A DNA stretch of 64,000 nt from Bacteroidales bacterium (GTDB lineage Bacteria; Bacteroidota; Bacteroidia; Bacteroidales; VadinHA17), in assembly GCA_963668715.1 (NCBI GenBank), contig OY764960.1, forward strand, positions 2,681,078 to 2,745,077. Direction: 5' to 3'. Shown here piece by piece: positions 50,188 to 59,901 of the stretch. The notes under the pieces are model-generated. The model did not search any database. It was not told where the DNA came from and saw only the letters and a program-made list of their open reading frames with translations. The stretch's first letter is position 1. Each line of letters opens with the position of its first letter. Position numbers and translations under genes: made by a program.

Positions 50188-51600
50188 ATGGGAAGAAGAA
50201 AGAAACCCTTGCTTGAGAATGTGGAGATCACAGCCATAGGTGCTGAGGGTAAGGCCATAGGAAAGGTGAATGACATGGTCGTATTTGTGCCAATGCTTGT
50301 GCCTGGCGATATTGTCGATATACAGGTTACGCGTAAGCGTAAGAGCTATATGGAAGGCTACGTGGTGAGACAGCACAAATATTCGGAAATGAGACGGGAA
50401 GCCCTGTGCAGCCATTTCGGTGTATGCGGAGGCTGCAAATGGCAACACCTTCCTTATGAAAAACAGCTTGAGTTCAAGCGTCAGCAGGTAACAGATAATT
50501 TTAAACGAATAGGAAAATTTTCATTTCCGGAAGTAAACACTATAATTGGATCCGGTGATGAATATTATTACCGTAATAAACTGGAGTATACCTTTTCCAA
50601 CAGGCGTTGGCTGACCGCTGACGAAATAGAATCAGCCCCTGAGGTTGAAAACAGAGACGCCCTCGGATTCCACATCCCCGGCATGTTTGACAAGGTGGTG
50701 AATATTGACAAATGTTATCTTCAGGAAGACATCTCAAATAAGATCAGAAACAGTATAAGGGATTATGCTCTTGAAAATAAACTGGATTTTTACGATTCAA
50801 AGGAACACAAGGGCTTCCTGAGGACACTGGTAATAAGGATATCGACCTCGGGGGAGATAATGGTGATCCTGAACCTGGGTTATGATGATAAGGAAAAAAT
50901 GGAAAAACTGCTCGGTTTTATCAGGAATTCCTTTCCGTCTGTTACTTCTTTGATGTATGTCATAAATGGTAAGTTAAACGATACTTTTAATGATCTGGAT
51001 GTTGTGATGTTTTCAGGCAGGGACCATATAACCGAAAAGATGGGCAATCTGCGCTTCAGGATCGGCCCGAAGTCTTTTTTCCAGACAAATACCCGGCAGG
51101 CGGAAAAACTGTATTCTGTTGTCTCGGACCTTGCCGGGCTTAAGGGAGAAGAGACTGTTTATGACCTGTACACCGGCACCGGGACAATTGCCAATTTTGT
51201 AGCAGGAAAATGCAGAAAGGTCATAGGACTTGAATATGTTACTGAAGCCATTGAAGATGCAAAGATAAATTCAGGGCTCAACGCCATAACGAACACAGTA
51301 TTTATAAGCGGGGATATAAAGGAATTACTGAATACGGAGTTTATGGCTTTTCATGGCCGTCCTGATGTGATAATAACAGACCCGCCAAGGGCAGGGATGC
51401 ATGAATCGGTTGTAAGGACAATCCTGGATGCCGGAGCTGAAAAAATCGTTTATGTGAGCTGTAATCCGGCGACCCAGGCAAGGGATATTACCTTGCTGGC
51501 TGAAAGATATGAAATAGTATCGGTGCAGCCGGTAGATATGTTTCCTCAGACCCATCATGTGGAGAATGTAGCTTTGCTGAGGCTAACGGCGAACGACTAA
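50188..51600 (+). CDS. rlmD: 23S rRNA (uracil1939-C5) methyltransferase
   Basis: TRAM domain, CSHFGVCGGCKWQ, SFFQTN, YDLYTGTG, DPPRAG, YVSCNPAT, DMFPQTHHVE. Confidence 0.93.
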   Translation: MGRRKKPLLENVEITAIGAEGKAIGKVNDMVVFVPMLVPGDIVDIQVTRKRKSYMEGYVVRQHKYSEMRREALCSHFGVCGGCKWQHLPYEKQLEFKRQQVTDNFKRIGKFSFPEVNTIIGSGDEYYYRNKLEYTFSNRRWLTADEIESAPEVENRDALGFHIPGMFDKVVNIDKCYLQEDISNKIRNSIRDYALENKLDFYDSKEHKGFLRTLVIRISTSGEIMVILNLGYDDKEKMEKLLGFIRNSFPSVTSLMYVINGKLNDTFNDLDVVMFSGRDHITEKMGNLRFRIGPKSFFQTNTRQAEKLYSVVSDLAGLKGEETVYDLYTGTGTIANFVAGKCRKVIGLEYVTEAIEDAKINSGLNAITNTVFISGDIKELLNTEFMAFHGRPDVIITDPPRAGMHESVVRTILDAGAEKIVYVSCNPATQARDITLLAERYEIVSVQPVDMFPQTHHVENVALLRLTAND

Positions 51601-51653
51601 AGGCAAACGGCTATTCCAGTCTGCAGTCCGCAGTCTACAGTCCACAGTCCGCA
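51581..51653 (+). repeat. Heptamer patch (GGCNAAC-like, then RCAGTCY)
   Basis: Read directly; overlaps the last codons of rlmD. Confidence 0.8.
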
Positions 51654-51720
51654 ATTAATTGGTGTACTTGTATTTGCATAGCGCAAAGCAATTTAAGGAG
51701 ACTGGTATAACTGAAAAACT

Positions 51721-53526
51721 TTATTCTCTCATTCTCTTCATGTATTTCCTGCTTATCTTCTCGCCGGGGTGCTCTTTTGTAAAGCTGACCCAGTACTGGT
51801 TTATTGTTCCTTTTATATCCCTGTGAAGCACAAGCAGCCCAATCAGGTTAGGTATTGTCATGAGGGCTATGGTTATATATGACAGTGACCATATTATAGT
51901 GGTATCGGTAAAGGATGCTATAAAGAACATTACAACATAGATGATCCTGTAATATATTACCGAATTGGAGCCTATCAGGTAAGTAAGTGCCCTGTCGCCG
52001 TAATATGACCATGATATGGCTGTTGAGAAGGCAAAAAGAAGCAGCCCGATGGATACTATATACTGGCCCCACGGACCGAAAAATCCCTTTTCAAATGCTT
52101 TTGCCGTCAGTGGAGCACTATGCATGAGCGACTTACCTTCTATAACCAGCTCTTCGGACGATTCCTTAGCAAAAAGGCCTTTTATCTTTTCTCCGAATCC
52201 CGGCTTATCAGTATCGTCAATAATCAGTTTGCCGTCTGCTATATTAAGTGTTCCGCTGTAAGGCTTTTCACCTTTCAGGAACCTGTAATCTTCCGCAAGC
52301 GATTCGGCATGCAGCAGAGTGATATCAGGAGTCGTTAATATTCCTTCTCTGACATCTATTGTCCCGTTGTAAAGGTCGAGTTTTGGGAGCTTTTTATTTT
52401 TACTGATATGATTGTTCAGTATTTTAATCCCTTTCTCTGTTTTGTCGGTATAGGTGCCTGCGACAAACTCCATATCCGCATTCTGAAACTGATTCATGTG
52501 TTTCTTGTCCCATACGCCCGAAGAAAGTAATACCAGTCCGGTAAGCGTACAGATACATATTGTATCAATAAACGGTTCAAGGATAGCAACCATTCCTTCG
52601 GAAACGGGCTCAGGCGCTTTTGCTGCCGAGTGGGCTATAGGCGCCGAACCCTGTCCTGCTTCGTTTGAGAACAGTCCCCTGTTAACACCCCTGTTTATTG
52701 TCCATGACAATGAAGCTCCAAGGAAACCTCCTGTGGCAGCAGTACCTGTGAACGCATCACCGAATATGGCCCCCAGTGAAGGGAGTATCTGATCATAGTT
52801 TTTTAAGATAACAGCAAGGGCTCCTATAAGATAAATAAGCGCCATAGCAGGGACCAGCGTTGATGTTACTTTTGCTATTCTTTTAATACCGCCTATAATT
52901 ACAAGACCAAGAAGTATGGCAAGTATGAATCCTGTTATTATATGGTTTATCCCGAAGGTGGCAAATACAGAGTTGGAAATACTATTGATCTGGGGAAGGC
53001 TACCCGTACCGAAGGAGCTCAGTACAGTTGCCACGGCAAAAAAACCACCCATTACCGCACCAACCTTTAATACCTTTCCGCCTGGTAATTTAAAATTGAG
53101 CTTTTTCTTCATGTAATACATCGGTCCGCCCGATACTGTTCCGTCAGGCAGTATATCCCTGAATTTATGCGATATCGACACCTCAACAAACTTGGTACAC
53201 ATACCTATCATTGCCGTAACCAGCATCCAGAAGAGAGCAGCAGGGCCTCCCAGGTGTATGGCAAGCGCTACACCTGCAATATTACCTGTTCCTACCGTAC
53301 CTGAAAGAGCAGTGGTTAACGCCTGGAAGTGGCTTGTGTCGCCTACATCATGGCTGTGGTCGTATTTGCCCTTTACGATTCTGATGGCATGTTTAAAATA
53401 TTTTATCTGGGGAAATCCCAGGTAGAGGGTAAAGAAGATGCCTGTGCCCAGAAGAAGAAATACAAACCATGGATGTCCGCCGATATAACCGTCGAGCTTG
53501 ATGAGAAAGTCGTTTATTGCCTGCAT
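51721..53526 (-). CDS. Alanine/glycine:cation symporter (AGCS) with large soluble insertion
   Basis: FQALTTALSGTVGTGNIAGVA, GGPMYY, RGLFSNEAGQGSAP, FAFSTAISWSYYG. Confidence 0.92.
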   Translation of the reverse strand: MQAINDFLIKLDGYIGGHPWFVFLLLGTGIFFTLYLGFPQIKYFKHAIRIVKGKYDHSHDVGDTSHFQALTTALSGTVGTGNIAGVALAIHLGGPAALFWMLVTAMIGMCTKFVEVSISHKFRDILPDGTVSGGPMYYMKKKLNFKLPGGKVLKVGAVMGGFFAVATVLSSFGTGSLPQINSISNSVFATFGINHIITGFILAILLGLVIIGGIKRIAKVTSTLVPAMALIYLIGALAVILKNYDQILPSLGAIFGDAFTGTAATGGFLGASLSWTINRGVNRGLFSNEAGQGSAPIAHSAAKAPEPVSEGMVAILEPFIDTICICTLTGLVLLSSGVWDKKHMNQFQNADMEFVAGTYTDKTEKGIKILNNHISKNKKLPKLDLYNGTIDVREGILTTPDITLLHAESLAEDYRFLKGEKPYSGTLNIADGKLIIDDTDKPGFGEKIKGLFAKESSEELVIEGKSLMHSAPLTAKAFEKGFFGPWGQYIVSIGLLLFAFSTAISWSYYGDRALTYLIGSNSVIYYRIIYVVMFFIASFTDTTIIWSLSYITIALMTIPNLIGLLVLHRDIKGTINQYWVSFTKEHPGEKISRKYMKRMRE

Positions 53527-53627
53527 AATGTGGATTAAGGTTTTTTGATTCCAACAAATGTAATAATAATTGGTAAAGATGAAACAGGCCGAAATATGCT
53601 GTGGAATAGGGAAAAGATGTCTATTAT

Positions 53628-53851
53628 AGGTTAAGTTGTTGATTTGTTAAAGTTAAGTTGAGAATAAGTTTAATGAGACAAATGGCGAACGACGAACGGC
53701 AAAAGGCAGTAGGCAAAAGTCGGTCCCGAAATTCTAACGCCATTCTGGCGTTTTAGAATTTCGAGGATCCTCGAATCGAAGATTCGGGACAGTCTTCAAT
53801 CCACAGTCGGCAATGGTATATTGGTTAATGGGTGAATAACTGAATTCTGAA
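53628..53851. repeat. Composite short tandem repeat patch
   Basis: GTTAAGTTG-like 9-mers, GGCGAAC/GACGAAC/GGCAAAA heptamers, CAGTC heptamers, TTGGTTAA-like octamers. Confidence 0.7.
53724..53789. repeat. 66-bp palindromic element related to the tRNA-locus element
   Basis: TCCCGA-hairpin-TCGAGGATCCTCGA-hairpin-TCGGGA. Confidence 0.85.
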
Positions 53852-53863
53852 TAAAAGGGATTA

Positions 53864-53885
53864 GGGCCGTTGCATGCAACGGCCC
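53864..53885. repeat. Perfect 22-bp REP-like palindrome GGGCCGTTGCATGCAACGGCCC
   Basis: Read directly; preceded by TTA. Confidence 0.8.
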
Positions 53886-54149
53886 CACTATATTTCAATT
53901 TGTAACATTCATAAATATGATCAGGTATTCCAGTATTGCTCGCCCCCACCAGCCACAATCACTATCCCCTCGCGAGCTTACAGTACTCGTATGCTTCCAG
54001 CATACTCGCACTGTTCGGTTCCAGTGCTCCAGCCTTCCTGTCGTTTTTATTGTGAAAAAAATAACAAAATTGTTTTTCAATAAACAATTAATATATATAT
54101 TTGCATACAGGTAAATATATAAACATCTAGATATAAAGATATAATACCT

Positions 54150-56387
54150 ATGGCTAACCGCAGGGAATTTATAAAGATAGCAGGTATGGGGCTGGGAGGA
54201 CTGGCATTAATCAATCCTGCTATTAAAGCATTTGCCAATACTTTTTATCAGGAGGGTAGTAGCCTGCTTGAGGGCAGCCTGACCAGGACGCCTACATATT
54301 GCGAGGTATGTTTCTGGAAGTGCGCCGGCTGGGTGTCGAAGGACAAGGATGGCAGGATATGGAAGATAACCGGCAATGATAATGACCAGCACAGCAACGG
54401 TCGCTTTTGTCCCAGGGGAACCGGTGGTGTCGGTATGTATTATGATGAAGACAGGCTGAAGACACCACTTATAAGAACCATGGAGAGAGGCAGCCAGGTG
54501 TTCAGGGAAGCAAGCTGGGATGAAGCCCTGGACTATATTGCCGGCAAAATGAAGAGTATAGGTGATAAGTACGGCAGGGAATGCACTGCGCTTCTTACAC
54601 ACGGATCAGGAGGGAAGTATCTCGGCACCTTGCTAAAGGCTTATGGATCAAACAGTATAGCAGCTCCTTCATATGCGCAATGCCGCGGACCAAGGGAAGT
54701 CGCGTTTCAGATGACCTTCGGAGAGGGTGTGCAGAGCCCTGAAAGGACCGACATAAGGGACACTAACTGCCTTGTGCTTATAGGTTCTCATTTAGGAGAG
54801 AACATGCATAACGGACAGGTGCAGGAGATGTCGGATGCTATTGACAGGGGGGGCGTTGTCATAACTGTTGACCCCCGTTACAGCACTGCTGCAAGCAAGT
54901 CAAAATACTGGCTGCCGATAAAACCGGCAACGGATATTGCATTATTAATGGCCTGGATACATGTTTTGATATATGAGGAATGGTATGATAAGGAATATGT
55001 GGAGAAATATACCTATGGTTTTGAGTATCTTAAGGAGCATGTAAGGAATATGACCCCTGAATGGGCTTATGGCATTACTACAATAGAACCTGATCTTATA
55101 AGGAAAACAGCCAGGGAGATGGCAGAGGCTTCACCTGCCACCATAGTGCATCCCGGAAGACATGTTACATGGTATGGTGATGATACACAAAGGGAAAGGG
55201 CAATAGCTATCCTTAATGCACTATTAGGCTCATGGGGCAGGAGGGGAGGATTTTATATGCCTGAAGCGGTGGAAGTACCGGAGTGGCCGCATCCTCCTTT
55301 TCCCGAGATCAAAAGAAGCTGGAAGGATGCTTTTCCCGACCAGTATAATCTTGCTTATGAGACACTGGCGTCAGGCATATGCGACGCTACCATTCCGACA
55401 ATAAGCAAGGCATGTAATTTTAAGACATGGATTGTGAACGGCACCAATCTGCTGAAGACCATACCTGATCAGAAAAAGGTGATAGAAGCTATAAACGAGC
55501 TGGAATTGCTTGTTGTGATTGATACAATGCCTATGGAGATCACGGGATGGGCTGATGTTGTCCTGCCGGAATGTACATACCTCGAGCGGTATGACAGTCT
55601 CAGGAACAGTCCTCACCGTAAGCCTGCGATAGCACTTAGAATGCCTGCTTCCGAGCCGATGTACGATTCAAAACCTGCTTACTGGATAGCTAAGGAACTT
55701 GCAAAAAGACTTGGTCTCGGCGATTATTTCAGTTGGAACAGTATGGAGGAAATGCTTGACTGGCAGTTGAAGGAACTTGGCAGCTCGCTGGAAGAGATGA
55801 AGAAGATAGGAGTAAAGACATTCGAACGTTCTTATCCTGATCTGTATTTTGAAAAGGGAGAAGATGTCGAGTTCTATACCAATACCGGTAAGATCGAGCT
55901 TTACAGTACTGCCCTTGCTGCCGAGGGTTTTGATCCTATGCCTGTGTACACTCCCCATCCTGAGCCGCCTGAGGGTTTTTACCGTCTTATTTACGGCCGG
56001 GCGCCTTCACATACCTTCAGCCGGACAAGTAATAATGTAAACCTGACGGATATAATGGATGAGAACACTGTATGGGTTAATCCCAGGATCGCTTCATACT
56101 GGGGTCTGAAAAACGGACAGGAGGTTTATCTCGAGAACCAGGATGGGATACGTTCGACATTCGCTGTGAAAGTGAGGGTGACGGAGAGGATACGCTGGGA
56201 TTCGGTATATATTGTACATGGCTTTGGACATAATAATAAGAAACTACGCAGAGCATACGGTAAAGGAGCCAGTGATGCCGAGCTTATAACAAATGTCATG
56301 ACAGACCCTGTTATGGGAGGAACCGGTATGAGAGGAAATTTTGTAACATTTAAGTTTGAACCTGCTTATAACGAAGTAGTATCATGA
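54150..56387 (+). CDS. Molybdopterin oxidoreductase catalytic subunit (PsrA/PhsA-like)
   Basis: Tat signal RREFIK, CEVCFWKC...C Fe-S motif, probable Cys ligand AQCRG, ADVVLPECTYLER. Confidence 0.9.
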   Translation: MANRREFIKIAGMGLGGLALINPAIKAFANTFYQEGSSLLEGSLTRTPTYCEVCFWKCAGWVSKDKDGRIWKITGNDNDQHSNGRFCPRGTGGVGMYYDEDRLKTPLIRTMERGSQVFREASWDEALDYIAGKMKSIGDKYGRECTALLTHGSGGKYLGTLLKAYGSNSIAAPSYAQCRGPREVAFQMTFGEGVQSPERTDIRDTNCLVLIGSHLGENMHNGQVQEMSDAIDRGGVVITVDPRYSTAASKSKYWLPIKPATDIALLMAWIHVLIYEEWYDKEYVEKYTYGFEYLKEHVRNMTPEWAYGITTIEPDLIRKTAREMAEASPATIVHPGRHVTWYGDDTQRERAIAILNALLGSWGRRGGFYMPEAVEVPEWPHPPFPEIKRSWKDAFPDQYNLAYETLASGICDATIPTISKACNFKTWIVNGTNLLKTIPDQKKVIEAINELELLVVIDTMPMEITGWADVVLPECTYLERYDSLRNSPHRKPAIALRMPASEPMYDSKPAYWIAKELAKRLGLGDYFSWNSMEEMLDWQLKELGSSLEEMKKIGVKTFERSYPDLYFEKGEDVEFYTNTGKIELYSTALAAEGFDPMPVYTPHPEPPEGFYRLIYGRAPSHTFSRTSNNVNLTDIMDENTVWVNPRIASYWGLKNGQEVYLENQDGIRSTFAVKVRVTERIRWDSVYIVHGFGHNNKKLRRAYGKGASDAELITNVMTDPVMGGTGMRGNFVTFKFEPAYNEVVS

Positions 56388-56917
56388 GATATGCAATGGC
56401 CGTTGACACGAAAAAATGCGTAGGCTGCAGCGACTGTGTTGTGGCCTGTCAGATCGAGAATAATGTTCCGCACGGCTATGCCAGGGAATGGGTCGTCGAA
56501 CTGGTTGAGGGCACGTACCCTAATCTGGAACTGGAGCTTCGTTCGGAGAGATGTAATCATTGTGAAAACGCACCCTGCGTAAGGTGTTGCCCTACAGGCG
56601 CCAGTCATATTGTTGAGGGAGGAATAGTACTGGTCGACCATAAAAAATGTATAGGATGCGGAGCATGTATAACATCCTGCCCTTATGATGCGAGATACTC
56701 CCATCCGGATGGTTATGTCGACAAATGTACGTTCTGTGAGCACAGGGTTAAGAACGGGGAGGATCCGGCCTGTGTAGCTGTTTGTCCTACAAAGTGCCTT
56801 TATTTCGGTGATCTGGATGATCCGCGGAGCGATGTGTCAGCTGTTATCCGGAACAGGAAATACAAGACACTGATACCTGAAGCAGGAACCAATCCGCAGA
56901 TATATTTCTTAACATAA
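56384..56917 (+). CDS. 4Fe-4S subunit (PsrB/NrfC-like)
   Basis: CVGCSDCVVAC, CNHCENAPCVRCCP, CIGCGACITSCPY, KCTFC. Confidence 0.92.
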   Translation: MRYAMAVDTKKCVGCSDCVVACQIENNVPHGYAREWVVELVEGTYPNLELELRSERCNHCENAPCVRCCPTGASHIVEGGIVLVDHKKCIGCGACITSCPYDARYSHPDGYVDKCTFCEHRVKNGEDPACVAVCPTKCLYFGDLDDPRSDVSAVIRNRKYKTLIPEAGTNPQIYFLT

Positions 56918-56930
56918 AGGAATAATTAAG

Positions 56931-57872
56931 ATGAGAGAAGAATTAATAATAAGTGGCAGAATGAACCCCGGTATAGATCCGGTGTTGCATATCTGGCACT
57001 GGCAGATCCCCCTGTATCTGTTCCTTGGAGGACTTGCTGCCGGGGTCTTGTTTTTTGCAGCGCTTTATACTATTCTGGGCAAACAGGATAAATTTGCAGG
57101 TGCGGTAAGATATGCACCCTTCATAGCTCCTGTGGCGCTGGTCCTCGGGCTTCTTGCCCTGTTCTTTGATCTTAAGCACCAGGCCTATTTCTGGAGGTTG
57201 TATACGACTATTAAGCTGCAGTCACCTATGTCATGGGGAGCATGGACGCTTATGGCCATAACTCCGCTGTCGTTTATATGGGCAGCTCTGAATATAAGGC
57301 TGATATTCCCGAAATGGGACTGGAGGTTTAAGTGGCTAAAGGATTTTGAGGTATTCTGCAATAAGAATATAAAAGCTATTTCATGGTTGATTCTTGTATT
57401 ATCGGTTATCCTGGGTATCTATACCGGTATATTGTTTTCGGCATTCAATGCCAGACCACTTTGGAATACGTCAATATTAGGGCCTCTTTTTCTGACATCA
57501 GGCCTTTCGACCGGAGCAGCCGTGATAATCTTATTCGCCAGATCGCATGAAGAAAGGCTTTTCTTCTCCAGGGTCGATCTGGTACTTATTGTTGTTGAAT
57601 TATTTTTTATTACACATATGTTTATGGGTTTCCTTGCAAGCACACAGGTACAGATAGATGCGGCTTCACTATTCCTGGGAGGTCCCTATACCGCACAGTT
57701 CTGGGTACTGGTTGTTCTGCTCGGATTGCTCATACCTGCCCTCCTGGAAGCGCTTGAACTGGCCAGGTTCAGAATACCTGCCATTGTTCCTGCAACACTT
57801 GTTCTCTTCGGAGGTATAATGTTAAGATTTATAGTTGCCAATGCCGGTCAGGTAAGCCGCTGGTTGTATTAA
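56931..57872 (+). CDS. NrfD/PsrC membrane anchor
   Basis: WQIPLYLFLGGLAAG, SPMSWGAW, YTGILFS...RPLWN. Confidence 0.9.
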   Translation: MREELIISGRMNPGIDPVLHIWHWQIPLYLFLGGLAAGVLFFAALYTILGKQDKFAGAVRYAPFIAPVALVLGLLALFFDLKHQAYFWRLYTTIKLQSPMSWGAWTLMAITPLSFIWAALNIRLIFPKWDWRFKWLKDFEVFCNKNIKAISWLILVLSVILGIYTGILFSAFNARPLWNTSILGPLFLTSGLSTGAAVIILFARSHEERLFFSRVDLVLIVVELFFITHMFMGFLASTQVQIDAASLFLGGPYTAQFWVLVVLLGLLIPALLEALELARFRIPAIVPATLVLFGGIMLRFIVANAGQVSRWLY

Positions 57873-57884
57873 TACTTATAAAAA

Positions 57885-58415
57885 ATGAATACACAAAAAA
57901 CAAACAGGAAGACAAAGTATATTAATCCTTATCTGGGTGGTGTACTCCTCGGCCTGGTACTTATTGCCGCTAATTTTATCAGTGGCAGGGGACTGGGTGC
58001 TTCGGGAGCCGTCAAATCAACCGTTGTAACCGTTGTTGATGCTGTGGCTCCTTCACATGTAGAGAATACGGCTTTCTATAAGGAGTATTACGAATCACAT
58101 CCGAAACCAATGAAGTCGTGGCTCGTTTTTCAGGTTCTGGGTGTTATAACGGGAGGTTTCCTGTCAGGAGCGCTGGCAGGAAGACTCAGGCTGAAGGTAG
58201 AGCACAGTCCGAAAATAACATCAAGGCGCAGATTGGTTTTTGCACTAACCGGAGGTATCCTTTTTGGCCTGGGATCACAAATTGGACGTGGATGTACAAG
58301 CGGATCGGCACTTAGCGGTATGGCGGTATTCTCCTTCGGAGGGATCATCACTATGCTGGCTATTTTCGGATCAGCATATGCATTCGCATGGTTCTTCCGT
58401 AAGAACTGGATATGA
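57885..58415 (+). CDS. YeeE/YedE sulfur-compound transporter half
   Basis: GLGASG, GRGCTSG. Confidence 0.85.
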   Translation: MNTQKTNRKTKYINPYLGGVLLGLVLIAANFISGRGLGASGAVKSTVVTVVDAVAPSHVENTAFYKEYYESHPKPMKSWLVFQVLGVITGGFLSGALAGRLRLKVEHSPKITSRRRLVFALTGGILFGLGSQIGRGCTSGSALSGMAVFSFGGIITMLAIFGSAYAFAWFFRKNWI

Positions 58416-58451
58416 CAAAAGACAAAAGACAAAAGGAAAAAGACAAAAGAC
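58414..58451 (+). repeat. (GACAAAA)n heptamer array
   Basis: Five units read directly, one degenerate (GGAAAAA). Confidence 0.85.
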
Positions 58452-58524
58452 GTTAATAATTTGACTGGGGAGCAGAAAGTGTAGAGGAAAATTGAAGTAG
58501 TATATAACTTACAAATTTAATATC

Positions 58525-59115
58525 ATGGGTCCATTAATAGTAAACGAAATAATATCACCGGATACTAATTTGCTTATGGCTTTCATTATTGGTATAGGCT
58601 TTGGTTGGATACTTGAAAGCAGCGGATTTTCTTCGAGCAGAAAACTGGCAGGATTGTTTTACGGTTATGACACTGTTGTTCTCAAAGTGTTTTTTACTGC
58701 CGGTATAACAGCCATGACAGGCTTGCTTTTTATGAGCTTGTTCGGCTGGATTGACCTCGACCTCGTATATATTAATCCTACTTATCTCACTTCTGCAATA
58801 GTTGGTGGCATCATAATGGGACTGGGTTTTATAACAGGAGGATTTTGTCCGGGTACGAGTATGTGTGCCGCAGCCATAGGGAAAATAGATGCTATGGTAT
58901 TTGTCGGAGGGCTTTTCATTGGAGTGTTTCTTTTTGCAGAAGGATATCCTTTGCTGGAGGGGCTTTATCTTGACGGTTTTAAAGGTAACCTGAAGATAAG
59001 CGAGGTACTGAATGTAAGCGATGGAATAATGGCTCTTCTGTTTATTGTAATGGCAGTAGTGGTGTTCCGTATAGCAGAGTGGGCCGAGAAAAAATATGCA
59101 CAACCTGAATATTAG
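58525..59115 (+). CDS. YeeE/YedE sulfur-compound transporter half
   Basis: GFGWILESSGF, GGFCPGTS. Confidence 0.85.
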   Translation: MGPLIVNEIISPDTNLLMAFIIGIGFGWILESSGFSSSRKLAGLFYGYDTVVLKVFFTAGITAMTGLLFMSLFGWIDLDLVYINPTYLTSAIVGGIIMGLGFITGGFCPGTSMCAAAIGKIDAMVFVGGLFIGVFLFAEGYPLLEGLYLDGFKGNLKISEVLNVSDGIMALLFIVMAVVVFRIAEWAEKKYAQPEY

Positions 59116-59131
59116 TAAAAATATATTGATC

Positions 59132-59749
59132 ATGAATGCAAGAGTATTAATAAGTATTATCTTCCTTAGCCTTGGACTTATTATGGCAGCTATTCCAAAT
59201 AATAAGACACTGCAGTTTAAAGTCTCGGCTAATGAGATGCTTGAGGAATTCAAGGGGCGCGCACAGTTTATCAGCCCTGATGAAATAGCCGGCATGATTA
59301 TCAGTGAGGATCCGTCACTGCAGCTTATCGACCTCAGAACAGGTGAAGAGTATCAGGAATTTCATCTCCCCGGTTCATTTAACATACCTTTTTCCGATCT
59401 TCTTAATGAGGAATACAGGTTTATCATTGATCAGGACCTGAAGATCAATGTATTTTATTCGAACGGATCGCTTACTGCAAATGAGGCATGGATGATAACA
59501 AGGCAGTTAGGCTATCGTAATAACTATGTTCTCGAAGGAGGCTTGAATTACTGGGCGGAAACGATCATGAATCCTGAAAAGCCGGCTGTTACCAGCGCAA
59601 ATGAGGAGATAGCCAGATATAATTTCAGAAAAGGTGCTGGCACAGCTCTTGGAGGAACTGTAATTGAATCAGGCAATACAAGCCCGGCTGTTGTCCTGCC
59701 GGAAATATCAAAGAGACCCGCCAAGAAAAGGGCGCAGGGAGGCTGCTGA
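59132..59749 (+). CDS. Membrane-anchored rhodanese-like protein
   Basis: LIDLR...FHLPGSFNIP, VLEGGL..W; C-terminus KKRAQGGC. Confidence 0.8.
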   Translation: MNARVLISIIFLSLGLIMAAIPNNKTLQFKVSANEMLEEFKGRAQFISPDEIAGMIISEDPSLQLIDLRTGEEYQEFHLPGSFNIPFSDLLNEEYRFIIDQDLKINVFYSNGSLTANEAWMITRQLGYRNNYVLEGGLNYWAETIMNPEKPAVTSANEEIARYNFRKGAGTALGGTVIESGNTSPAVVLPEISKRPAKKRAQGGC

Positions 59750-59901
59750 CAAACGTAAAGAGATCATTTACAGGGCTAAAGAACAGTCGTTTCTTCAGGA
59801 TAAATCTTAAAGAATAAACTTTGAATTTCTATTGGCTGATATTTTGTTTATCTTTATCATGCCATATCAATTAATATGACTGTTACTTAAAATCTAAGAA
59901 T

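Noticed and set aside
58555-59295. 246-aa antisense ORF and other shadow ORFs
   Set aside because: They overlap well-supported genes on the opposite strand or frame and show no motifs.
59738-59800. Selenocysteine readthrough of TGA after GGC in the rhodanese
   Set aside because: No convincing SECIS hairpin follows and no sel genes are in view.
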